Positions 48,784 to 56,987 of a stretch of DNA of 64,000 nt are shown here, piece after piece (positions within the stretch are counted from its first letter, which is position 1; each line of letters opens with the position of its first letter). Below the pieces are notes generated by a model that ran no database searches, had not been told where the DNA came from, and was given only the letters and a program-made list of their open reading frames with translations. This DNA comes from Solirubrobacteraceae bacterium (GTDB lineage Bacteria; Actinomycetota; Thermoleophilia; Solirubrobacterales; Solirubrobacteraceae), in contig DATAZX010000013.1 of assembly GCA_036271815.1 (NCBI GenBank), forward strand, positions 16,545 to 80,544. Direction: 5' to 3'. The translations under genes were made by a program, and so were the position numbers.

Positions 48784-49682
48784 GCGGCCGCACCCCGCTC
48801 GGCGGTGGTGCCGGCACCGGCGCCGGCATCGGGGTCGCGCACGAAGCGCATGACGCGGTAGATCGCGTTGCGATCCGAGGTCACGGTCGCCGGCGCGTAC
48901 CCCGCAGCGCGCGCGTAGCCCTCGATCTGCCCGGCCGGGCGCAGCCGCCACACGCAGCGCCCGCCCTCGGCGTTGCGCCACACGCGGGCGATGTACTCGA
49001 TCTCCGGGTTGTCGACCTGGACGTTGCAGACGATCTGCGCCGGCGCGACGGTCTCGGCGAGGTCGAGGAAGTGGCGCGCGATGAGGGCGTCGTCGTGGTA
49101 GATGCCGTACAGCCCGAGCTCGCAGACGACGTCCGGCCGCGGGCGCAGCGTCAGCAGGGCATCGCGATCGAAGGCGCTCGCCCGGCGCGTCGTCATGCGG
49201 TCCTCGACGCCGAGCTCGCGAGCCGCCGCGGTCGCCTGCTCGAGCGCGGCCGCGTCGATGTCCCACAGGACGGCGGTGACGGCGGGGCGCCGCGCGATCG
49301 CGCGCAGCAGGTATGGGCTCGGGCCGGCGGCGAGGTCCGCGACGACCGGTCGATCGCCGGTGGTGGCGTCGATCGCCTCGAGCACCGCCGTCTCCGCGAG
49401 GCCGCGGATGTCGCGAAACGCCTGGCAGGTCGGGCGGCTCAGCAGCCGGCGGTCCAGCCGCCGTCCGATCGTCGTGCGCCCGGCCGCGCGGTTGGCGTAG
49501 ACGTGCGCCATGAACGGCCCGGAGTCGAAGCCGTGGCGGTGCCCGATGCGCGTCCCCTCGGACACGCACGCGCTCGCCCGCGAGGCGAGCGACAGCGCCG
49601 CGAAGCGCCACGCCCGCGGCGAGCTGCGCGGCAGCTCGGCCCGCAAAGCCTCAAATCGCCGGGCTGAGAGCTCAGCCGACAT
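48780..49682 (-). CDS. class I SAM-dependent methyltransferase
   Basis: Rossmann-type motif I VVADLAAGPSPYL, an acidic post-I residue (WDID) and motif-III-like VCELGLYG. Confidence 0.7.
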   Translation of the reverse strand: MSAELSARRFEALRAELPRSSPRAWRFAALSLASRASACVSEGTRIGHRHGFDSGPFMAHVYANRAAGRTTIGRRLDRRLLSRPTCQAFRDIRGLAETAVLEAIDATTGDRPVVADLAAGPSPYLLRAIARRPAVTAVLWDIDAAALEQATAAARELGVEDRMTTRRASAFDRDALLTLRPRPDVVCELGLYGIYHDDALIARHFLDLAETVAPAQIVCNVQVDNPEIEYIARVWRNAEGGRCVWRLRPAGQIEGYARAAGYAPATVTSDRNAIYRVMRFVRDPDAGAGAGTTAERGAAA

Positions 49683-50208
49683 ACAACCCCGTCTCGACGA
49701 GCTCGCGGCGGCGGTACAGCTCGTGCGCGTCGCCGGCGGCGCTGTGCGGTCGCGTCATCAGCGTGGCGAGGCGCTCCTGGGCCGCGTCGTTGTCGGCGAT
49801 CACGACCGCGAGCGTCTGCGCGTCCTCGCCCGCGGCGCCGGCGGCATACGTATCGAGCAGCTGGCCGAAGTGATCGAGCGAGCCGGCGGCGTAGGCGACG
49901 AGCTCCTCGAAGTCCGCGATGACCTCGATGCGCTCGTAGATCGCGTCGCCCTCGGGCGGCGCGACGTACGCGTCGGGGTCGACGCCGTGCGCGAGCGCGC
50001 GGACGCGGAAGAGGTTCATGTGGCGCGCGTTCGCCGCGACGAGCTCGGCGAGCAGCTGCTTGGCCTCGGGGTCGTCGGTGCCCGGGACGCGCGCCGAGAA
50101 CAGGTCGACCCACCGGCGCATGCCGTAGGCGTGGCGGGCGAAGACCTTGCCGATGCGCTCGGGGTCCTCTCCGAGCACGGTGAGCAGTTCGTCGCGGTTA
50201 GTCAGCAT
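49672..50208 (-). CDS. all-helical hypothetical protein (178 aa); ferritin / haem-oxygenase-like fold suspected
   Basis: Helical heptad-like composition with scattered E/H/D (ARHAYG, ANARHMNLF, GSLDHF). No firm motif. Confidence 0.5.
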   Translation of the reverse strand: MLTNRDELLTVLGEDPERIGKVFARHAYGMRRWVDLFSARVPGTDDPEAKQLLAELVAANARHMNLFRVRALAHGVDPDAYVAPPEGDAIYERIEVIADFEELVAYAAGSLDHFGQLLDTYAAGAAGEDAQTLAVVIADNDAAQERLATLMTRPHSAAGDAHELYRRRELVETGLYVG

Positions 50209-50632
50209 CGGTGGGCTCCGGTTCGGAGAGGTCGACCGCGACGTAGGTGACGTCGAGATCCGGGGAGAGCATGTTCGAGACCCAGCAGAACGGCTTCGCG
50301 CGGGTCACGAGAGCCTCGAGGTCGTGCTCGCCGGCGCGCGCCGCGACCTCGATGCGCAGCGTCCCGTAGCGCAGCTCGCGCCCGGCGCGCTCGGCGTCGA
50401 TCGTGACGCGCAGGCCGGGAAGCTCGACGTCGCGCTTGGCGGCGACGTGCGCGACGGCCAGGCAGAAGCAGCTCGCCAGCGCCGACAGCATGAGCTCGGT
50501 CGGCATCATGCCCGCGTCCGCGCCGCCGACCTCGACCGGCTCGTCGACGCGGACCTCGTGCCCGCGCGCGGTCGCCGTGGCGCCGAGGTCGCCCGTCCAC
50601 ACCGCCTGCACGTGGCGTGCGTCGCGGGCCAC
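50198..50632 (-). CDS. OsmC/Ohr-family peroxiredoxin-like protein
   Basis: PTELMLSALASCFCLAV and ...AKPFCWVSN carry the two conserved OsmC cysteines. Confidence 0.85.
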   Translation of the reverse strand: MARDARHVQAVWTGDLGATATARGHEVRVDEPVEVGGADAGMMPTELMLSALASCFCLAVAHVAAKRDVELPGLRVTIDAERAGRELRYGTLRIEVAARAGEHDLEALVTRAKPFCWVSNMLSPDLDVTYVAVDLSEPEPTDAD

Positions 50633-51799
50633 CTACACCGCCCCGATCCGCTCGGCCTGAAACGACCGGTACGCGTCCTCGTGGGCGCCGGCCGCCGTGT
50701 CCCACCCGTAGGCCGCGACGACGCGCTGCCCGCCGGCCAGCAGCCGCGCGCACAGCGCCGGGTCACGCGCGACGCGCGCGAGCGCGGCCCCGAGGGCGTG
50801 CCCGTCGCCGGCGGGGCACAGCAGGGCGTTCTCGCCGTCGGCGAGGAAGGTCAGGAAGACGTCGAGCTCGGATGCGACGACGGGCAGCCCGGCGGCGAGC
50901 GCCTCGAGCGCGACGAGGCCGAAGCCCTCCTTCGTCGACGGGAACGCGAAGACGTCGGCGGCGCGGTAGTGGCGCTCGAGCTCGGCGGGGCTGACCGTGC
51001 CGGCGCGGCGGACGTGCTCGTCGACGCCGAGCTCGCGCGCCCGGGCCGCGAAGCGATCGATCTCGTCGCGGTAGTCGAAGAGGGTCGCGCCGCCGACGAC
51101 CAGCAGCAGCGGGTCGCGCTCGGGCACGAGCTCGCGCAGGCGGGCGAAGCCCTCGAGCAGCGTCAGCGAGCCCTTGCGCGGCTCGATCCCGCCCACGGTC
51201 AGCACGGTCAGGCGGTCTGCGAGCCGCAGGGCGTCGCGATCGGCCGCACGCTCGGCGTCGTCGCGAGAGCAGCGGAAGCGGGCCTGGTCGACGCCGTTTC
51301 GCACGAGCTGGGCCTGCACGCGGAACTCGACCGCGAGACGGTCGATCCACGGGTGCGAGACGCAGAGCACGAGGTCGGGGGCGAGGATCGATCGATCCTG
51401 GCACGCGATCAGTGATGGGGAGATGAACTCGTCGACGTGGTGGACCGTGCGCACGACGTGGCCGACGACGCCCTCGTCGCGCAGGTCCAGCGCCGCGTTG
51501 GCCGAGATGCAGTCCTGTGCGTGGACGATGTCGAAGTCGCCCTCGGCCAGCAGCGCCCGCAGGCCCTCGCGGTAGGCGTCGACCATCGCGAGGATGCGCT
51601 CGTCGAACTGCGCGTGGGTCGGGACGTGCTCGACGAGGTGCGTCGCGACCGCGGTGTCGCGAAAGAAGCGCTCGCCCGGCTGCGCGAGCGCGCAGACGCA
51701 GACGTCGTGCCCGCGCTCGGCCAGTGCCTCGGCGACCGCGAGCGCGTGCTCGACGCCACCGCGCGGCTTGACCGAGTACGTGAGCATCGCGACCTTCAT
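50633..51799 (-). CDS. GT4-family glycosyltransferase (MSMEG_0565-like by context)
   Basis: MKVAMLTYSVKPRGGVEHALAVAEALAERGHDV is the N-terminal GT-B start. The C-terminal E-x7-E region reads FPSTKEGFGLVALEALAAGLPVVAS. Confidence 0.85.
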   Translation of the reverse strand: MKVAMLTYSVKPRGGVEHALAVAEALAERGHDVCVCALAQPGERFFRDTAVATHLVEHVPTHAQFDERILAMVDAYREGLRALLAEGDFDIVHAQDCISANAALDLRDEGVVGHVVRTVHHVDEFISPSLIACQDRSILAPDLVLCVSHPWIDRLAVEFRVQAQLVRNGVDQARFRCSRDDAERAADRDALRLADRLTVLTVGGIEPRKGSLTLLEGFARLRELVPERDPLLLVVGGATLFDYRDEIDRFAARARELGVDEHVRRAGTVSPAELERHYRAADVFAFPSTKEGFGLVALEALAAGLPVVASELDVFLTFLADGENALLCPAGDGHALGAALARVARDPALCARLLAGGQRVVAAYGWDTAAGAHEDAYRSFQAERIGAV

Positions 51800-53283
51800 G
51801 CGGCTGCTCCGTTGCCGAGCGCACGCAGGGCGAGCCGCGTCGCGGCGGCATTGGACGGCGCGACGATCGCCCCGGCGTCGCGCAGGATCCTCATCTGGCG
51901 GACCGCGTCCTGCGGGTCGCCGGGGGTTCCGCAGACGCGCGCCAGCACGACGGCGTCCCTCGCAGCGAGGGCGATCGCGTCGGCCAGCCCGCCCGCGGGA
52001 TCGGCGTGCCCGCCGTGGCCGAGGACGACGTCGAGCAGCACGCAGCCGACGGCGTCGTCTGCGGCGGCGTCCGCGAGGAAGCCGAGCCGCACGTCGAGGT
52101 CGACCATCGGGTGCGGGCGACCCTGCGTGTACTCCTCCTCGCCGAGGTCGAGCACGGCGTGGCCGCCGTTGCGCTCGTCGGGACCGTGTCCGACGTTGCC
52201 CTCGAGCGGGCCGAGCTCGCGCTCGAGCAGCGTCACGGCCTCGTGCGCCAGCGAGCCGCCGGAGTACAGGCCCAGCAGGCGCCGGCCGCTCGCGCGCTCG
52301 CGCGCCGCGTCGACCGCGGACTCGAGCTCGCCCAGGTCCTCGACCGCGGTCCCGGCCGCCGCGCGCGCCGCGGCCTCGAGCGTGTCGTGGATCTCGAACG
52401 GCGCCTCGCCGCCCTCCCAGCCGACGAACGCCGCGACGACGCGCTTGCCGTCGGGCAGGTCGTCGGCCAGCGACGCGACGACCTCGGGTGCCGGGGGCTT
52501 GGAGACGAGCAGCAGCGTCTCGGTCTCGTCGTCGGCGGCGAGCATGTGCATCGCCTGGCGGAACATGATCCCGCCGATCGCGGCCGACAGGTCGCGCCCG
52601 CCGACGCCGACGATCTGCGACACGCCGACGCCGGCCGCGTCGAGCAGGCAGGCCGATTCCTGGGCGCCGGTGCCCGCGGCGGCGACGATGCCGACGGGTC
52701 CCGCGCTGACGACGTTCGCGAAGCCGAGGCCGACGTTGCCGAGCATCGCCGTCCCGCAGCCGGGACCCATCACGAGCAGGCCGAGCTGCGCGCCGCGGCG
52801 CTTGAGGGCGAGCTCGTCGGCGAGCGAGACGTGGTCGGAGAAGAGGAAGACGTGCATGCCGGCGCTGAGCGCGCGGTGCGCTTCGAGCGTCGCGTACTCG
52901 CCGGCGACGGAGATCAGCGCGACGTTGGGATCGGCGAGCCGGCGGCCGGCGGAGACGAGCGAGCGCGGCGCCTCGCGCTCTGCGGTCACACCCGAGCCCG
53001 AGCCGCTGCCCGCGCCGCCGCCGCTGGACAGCTCGTCCTCGGCGCGCTCGAGCATCTGCGTGGCCGTCTCGTCGCTGTCGGTCTCGACGGCGACGACGAT
53101 GTCCGAGGGACCCGCCTGGCCGACGTCGACGCCGCGCGCGGTCAGCAGCTCGAGGTTGGCCGCCGTGCCCATCCCCATCTCACAGCCGCTGACGCCGTCG
53201 GCGCCGCGCAGCCCGCGGGCGATGCCCATCAGCTTGACGCTGTCCGCGTAGCGGTTCGCGATGACCTTCGCGTGCCAGCTCAC
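51796..53283 (-). CDS. fdrA: FdrA-family protein (succinyl-CoA-synthetase-like CoA-binding / ligase fold)
   Basis: VSWHAKVIANRYADSVKLM..., ...VMGPGCGTA..., ...GIVAAAGTGAQE... and ...VGVGGRDLS... The start is set at the GTG at 53283, overlapping the carbamate kinase stop (GTGA). Confidence 0.8.
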   Translation of the reverse strand: MSWHAKVIANRYADSVKLMGIARGLRGADGVSGCEMGMGTAANLELLTARGVDVGQAGPSDIVVAVETDSDETATQMLERAEDELSSGGGAGSGSGSGVTAEREAPRSLVSAGRRLADPNVALISVAGEYATLEAHRALSAGMHVFLFSDHVSLADELALKRRGAQLGLLVMGPGCGTAMLGNVGLGFANVVSAGPVGIVAAAGTGAQESACLLDAAGVGVSQIVGVGGRDLSAAIGGIMFRQAMHMLAADDETETLLLVSKPPAPEVVASLADDLPDGKRVVAAFVGWEGGEAPFEIHDTLEAAARAAAGTAVEDLGELESAVDAARERASGRRLLGLYSGGSLAHEAVTLLERELGPLEGNVGHGPDERNGGHAVLDLGEEEYTQGRPHPMVDLDVRLGFLADAAADDAVGCVLLDVVLGHGGHADPAGGLADAIALAARDAVVLARVCGTPGDPQDAVRQMRILRDAGAIVAPSNAAATRLALRALGNGAAA

Positions 53284-54227
53284 AGCAGCGCCGCCTGCGG
53301 CTCGGCCTGGATCCAGGTGCCGTCCTCGCCGCGGATCGCGGCCAGCAGCGAGTCGGCGTCCGTGACGATCGCGGCCCCCCCGCTGCCGGTCGCGAAGCGC
53401 TCGGCGGACTCGATCTTCGGACCCATGCTGCCGGGCGGGAACTCCCCGTCCTCCAGGCGCCGGTGCGTCTCGTCCGTGCTCATGTGAAACAGCGGGCGCT
53501 CCCAGCGGGTGCCGAAGTCCGAGACGACGCGGGGAACGGCGGTCAGCAGCACGAGGATGTCGCAGCGCAGCGCGATGCCGAGCTCCGCCGAGCAGCGGTC
53601 CTTGTCGATGACCGCCGCCATGCCCGCGAGCGTGCCGCCGCGGGTGCTGACGGGAATCCCGCCGCCGCCGCCGGCGATCACGATCGAGCCGCTCTCGGCG
53701 AGCACGCGGATCGCCTCGAGCTCGAGGATCTCGACGGGCTTCGGGCTCGCGACCATGCAGCGCCAGCCGCGCCCGGAGTCCTCGCCGACGACCCAGCCAC
53801 GCTCGCGCGAGAGGCGCCGCGCGTCCTCCTCGGTGTAGAACGGGCCGACCGGCTTGGTCGGGTTGTCGAACGCGGGGTCGTCGTCGTCGACGCGCACGCG
53901 CGTGAGGATGGTCGCGGTCGGCGCGTCGGGATCGATCTCGGCGATGCTCGTCTGCAGCAGGTACCCGAGCTCGCCCTGCGTCATCGCGCCGAGCGCGTGC
54001 AGCGGCAGCCCCGGCACCTGCGGCTCGCCCATCGCGTGCTGCAGCATGAGCGTGCCGACCTGCGGGCCGTTGCCGTGCGTGAGCACGACCTCGTGGCCGT
54101 CGCGGCGCAGCGCGACGACGGCCTCGGCCACGGGCCGGGCGCTGTCGAGCTGGTCGGCCCAGGTGCCGCGCTGGTTCTCCTTGAGCAGGGCGTTGCCGCC
54201 CACGGCGATGATGATGCGCACTTTCAA
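53280..54227 (-). CDS. arcC: carbamate kinase
   Basis: IAVGGNALL, THGNGPQVG and GGGGIPV motifs. Confidence 0.9.
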   Translation of the reverse strand: MKVRIIIAVGGNALLKENQRGTWADQLDSARPVAEAVVALRRDGHEVVLTHGNGPQVGTLMLQHAMGEPQVPGLPLHALGAMTQGELGYLLQTSIAEIDPDAPTATILTRVRVDDDDPAFDNPTKPVGPFYTEEDARRLSRERGWVVGEDSGRGWRCMVASPKPVEILELEAIRVLAESGSIVIAGGGGGIPVSTRGGTLAGMAAVIDKDRCSAELGIALRCDILVLLTAVPRVVSDFGTRWERPLFHMSTDETHRRLEDGEFPPGSMGPKIESAERFATGSGGAAIVTDADSLLAAIRGEDGTWIQAEPQAALL

Positions 54228-54832
54228 TCAACTCCTCTGACCATGAACCAGAGTGCGCGCGCGGGCGCCTCGGACGGATTTGCCCACATGTGCGGCCGGT
54301 CGGTGCGAAAGTGGATCGAGTCGCCGGGCTGCAGGTCGGTGACGTCGTTGTCGACGGTCACCCGCAGGGTGCCCTCGAGCAGGTAGATGAGCTCCTCGCC
54401 CGGGTGGCGCATCGGGTCGGGTCCGCTCGTGGCCAGCGACTCGACGAGCGCCTCGGCGCCGGCGAGGCGGTAGCGGCCGTAGCGCCCGGAGACGTTGTCG
54501 AGCGCGATCCCGCTCTTCGAGGTGTACAGGCGCGCCCGCAGGTCGCCGCGGACGACGATCGCGGCGGGCGCCGTGACGTCCTCGTCGATGAAGTAGCTGA
54601 CGCTCGTGCCGAGCGCGGCCGCGACCTTCATGAGCGTCGCGATCGTCGGCGTCATGCCGCTCTTCTCGATCTTGTGGACCGAGGCGGTCGAGACGCCGGC
54701 GCGGCGCGCCAGCTCGGCCAGCGACCAGCCGCGCTCGGCGCGTGCCAGGGCCAGCTTGGCGCCGAGCGCGGAGACCGTGCGCTCGATGTCAGGGAGCGTC
54801 AGCGGGGGGATCTTCTCGGAGCGCGTTTCCAT
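54224..54832 (-). CDS. XRE-family HTH regulator with a C-terminal cupin domain
   Basis: LALARAERGWSLAELARRAGVSTASVHKIEKSGMTPTIATLMKVAAALG is the HTH_3 domain. The cupin reads ...HPGEELIYLLEGTLRVTV...GDSIHF. First gene of the minus operon, with a 4-nt overlap with arcC. Confidence 0.85.
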   Translation of the reverse strand: METRSEKIPPLTLPDIERTVSALGAKLALARAERGWSLAELARRAGVSTASVHKIEKSGMTPTIATLMKVAAALGTSVSYFIDEDVTAPAAIVVRGDLRARLYTSKSGIALDNVSGRYGRYRLAGAEALVESLATSGPDPMRHPGEELIYLLEGTLRVTVDNDVTDLQPGDSIHFRTDRPHMWANPSEAPARALWFMVRGVD

Positions 54833-54914
54833 GTCGTATCGGATAGTACACACCAGTCAAGGTCGCAACAAACTCGAAACATTCCGGCGGATCGGGCTGT
54901 TTGGGGGGTCGGAC

Positions 54915-54943
54915 TTGACGTGCGGCCCAGGTCGCGCTAGGAA
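54915..54943 (+). promoter_or_regulatory. candidate promoter TTGACG-N17-TAGGAA for the plus operon
   Basis: Seen directly in the 190-bp divergent region. The region also holds an 8-bp inverted pair, TATCGGAT (54837-54844) / ATCCGATA (54953-54960). Confidence 0.3.
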
Positions 54944-55022
54944 TGCATCCACAATCCGATAAGGGCTCCGGCGAGGTCGGGGTCCGGCTGGCTGCGAGGC
55001 CGGCTCGACAGAGGGAGACGGC

Positions 55023-55496
55023 ATGGCCGATCTGACAGAACCGGGAACCGAGCTCTTCAACACCAGCGAGAAGCTCTTCGAGGACATCAAGGCGGAGCCT
55101 GGCGAGAAGGCGTACACGTTCATGCACACGGTCCCCTACGAGGGCTCGGTCGGCCTCGTGAACCTGCTGACGACGACCCGCGTCCTGCGCAAGGGCTTCG
55201 ACACGAGCCTGATCCTGTACGGCCCCGGCGTCCTCATGGCCTCGGGTACTCGCGGCTTCCCGAGGGTCGGCGACGAGGCCTTCCCCGGTCACATGGCGAT
55301 CAACAACCAGCTCGCGAAGTTCATGGAGGAGGGCGGCAACGTCTACGCCTGTCGCTTCGCCGCCGGTGCGCTGTATGGCTTCCCCGAGGCGAACTTCATG
55401 CCCGGCGTCAAGCCCTTCCACCCGCTCGACGTGCTCGACTCGGCCCTGACGGCGTGGCGCCAGAAGGCCTTCCAGCTCAACACCTGGACCCTCTAG
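55023..55496 (+). CDS. 157-aa conserved protein in the position of Nit1C Hp1 (MSMEG_0572/Sll0783-like; DsrE-like pattern)
   Basis: ...[13 protein letters not shown]...[16 protein letters not shown]... resembles DsrE/DsrF-type folds. Its composition (K/F/N/Y-rich) is unlike the surrounding genome. The family assignment is from memory of cluster architecture. Confidence 0.7.
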   Translation: MADLTEPGTELFNTSEKLFEDIKAEPGEKAYTFMHTVPYEGSVGLVNLLTTTRVLRKGFDTSLILYGPGVLMASGTRGFPRVGDEAFPGHMAINNQLAKFMEEGGNVYACRFAAGALYGFPEANFMPGVKPFHPLDVLDSALTAWRQKAFQLNTWTL

Positions 55497-55500
55497 GACC

Positions 55501-56127
55501 ATGCTCGTGCTGGACCGGGACGGAGCGGTAGCCGCGTGGCGGCGGGCCGAGGGGCGCATCTACCCCTCGGTGATGATGAACGCCTCGCTGTACCAGGAGT
55601 ACGTGGCGGTCGTCCGGGGGATCGCCGGGGAGCTCCTCGACGTCCACAGCGAGGACGACCTCGTCGTCGCGTGGCACGAGCGCGGCGACCTCGTTCGCAT
55701 GGTGATCGACCGCCTCGCTCCGTCGATGGCCCAGCTCATGGACCGCGAGGCGGTGCGTGACGCGGCGTTCTGCCATCGCCATCGCGAGATCACGCGCGAG
55801 ACGGGCAAGGAGCTCGCCGCGCAGCGCCTCGCGGACGCCAAGCGCAGCGGCGCCGAGTGGGTCACGTTGTTCGACGACGTGACCCCGCTCGGCGCCCAGC
55901 GCCTGGAGATGCACGTCCGCAGCGGGCGTGCCCTGCACACGAGCACGAGCCTGCCGCTCGACGGCACGCACCCGGAGTGGGAGCTCGAGGTCGTGCAGCT
56001 CGACCCCAACGACGGCGTCTGGTTGTTGGACCAGGCCCCACTGCTCAAGCCGCAGAAATTCGACCGTCAAGACGAATGGGAGGCGCGCATCCAGCAGGCC
56101 CGATCCTCCTTCGGAGGTGACCAGTAG
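55501..56127 (+). CDS. hypothetical protein (208 aa)
   Basis: Protein-like composition, 4-nt gap to the upstream gene. No motif recognised. Confidence 0.6.
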   Translation: MLVLDRDGAVAAWRRAEGRIYPSVMMNASLYQEYVAVVRGIAGELLDVHSEDDLVVAWHERGDLVRMVIDRLAPSMAQLMDREAVRDAAFCHRHREITRETGKELAAQRLADAKRSGAEWVTLFDDVTPLGAQRLEMHVRSGRALHTSTSLPLDGTHPEWELEVVQLDPNDGVWLLDQAPLLKPQKFDRQDEWEARIQQARSSFGGDQ

Positions 56128-56987
56128 TGCCGACCCACCCGAAGAAGATCATCGACGCGCACTGCCACATCGGGGAGATCCCGCCGTGGAAGTTCTACGA
56201 CCTCGAGCATCCGGTGAAGCCGACGGTCTACGACTACAAGGACACGAAGTCCTTCGTCAAGAACCACATGCAGGAGTTCAAGGTCGAGCGCGCGCTCGTG
56301 ATGTCGAACTACGGCGTGCCGATCCCCGAGCTGTCGTTCGACCTCAACGACGTGGTGCTCGAGGCGTCGACCTCCAACGACCGCATCCTCGCGGCGCTGT
56401 GGGTCTCGTTCCTGCCGCGCAACGCCGAGCTGACGCGCAAGGCGCTGAAGCTCGTGACGGAGTCGAGCGTCGTGGCGCTGAAGACGACGTTCCTGCTCGG
56501 CGGCAACCCGGACCCGGGCACGTGGGACGAGGAGACGACGGCGATCGCCGACGAGTGCTTCGACATCTGCGAGAAGCACGACCTGATCTTCCACTTCCAC
56601 ACGAGCCCGGGCGGCAACTCGGACTTCGGCAACTTCATCCCGCTCGTCGAGAAGTACGGCAAGCGCTGCAAGATCTACCTCGTGCACATGGGCGGCGGCG
56701 TCTCGGGCCACATCAAGCTCGTGCCGAAGTTCCTCAAGTGGGTGGAGGAGGGCTACAAGGTGTACACCGACACCTCGTGGGCCGTCGGCTTCGGCGCGCG
56801 CTGGCTGCTGACCGAGATCGAGAAGACCGGCGTCGGCGGCGATCGCGTGTTCTTCGGCTCCGACGAGCCGTGGTCGGACTTCGACTCGGAGTACTGGAAG
56901 CTCAACGGCATCCGCGGCATCTCGCAGGAGCTCAAGGACAACGTCTTCTGGCGCAATTTCGAGACGCTCTACGACGGTCGTGGCTGA
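56127..56987 (+). CDS. amidohydrolase-2 (TIM-barrel metal-dependent hydrolase) family protein
   Basis: IIDAHCHIG (HxH), ...LVHMGGG... and ...FFGSDEPW (metal Asp). GTG start overlapping the upstream TAG. Lys/Phe/Tyr-rich. Confidence 0.8.
   Translation: MPTHPKKIIDAHCHIGEIPPWKFYDLEHPVKPTVYDYKDTKSFVKNHMQEFKVERALVMSNYGVPIPELSFDLNDVVLEASTSNDRILAALWVSFLPRNAELTRKALKLVTESSVVALKTTFLLGGNPDPGTWDEETTAIADECFDICEKHDLIFHFHTSPGGNSDFGNFIPLVEKYGKRCKIYLVHMGGGVSGHIKLVPKFLKWVEEGYKVYTDTSWAVGFGARWLLTEIEKTGVGGDRVFFGSDEPWSDFDSEYWKLNGIRGISQELKDNVFWRNFETLYDGRG

Noticed and set aside
54990-55022. CGACAGAGGGAGACGG just upstream of the plus operon, considered as a PyrR-binding loop (ARUCCAGAGAGGYU)
   Set aside because: It matches only CAGAG..G, lacks the UCC prefix and a supporting anti-terminator/terminator pair, and is more simply the Shine-Dalgarno region (GGGAGA) of the 55023 gene.
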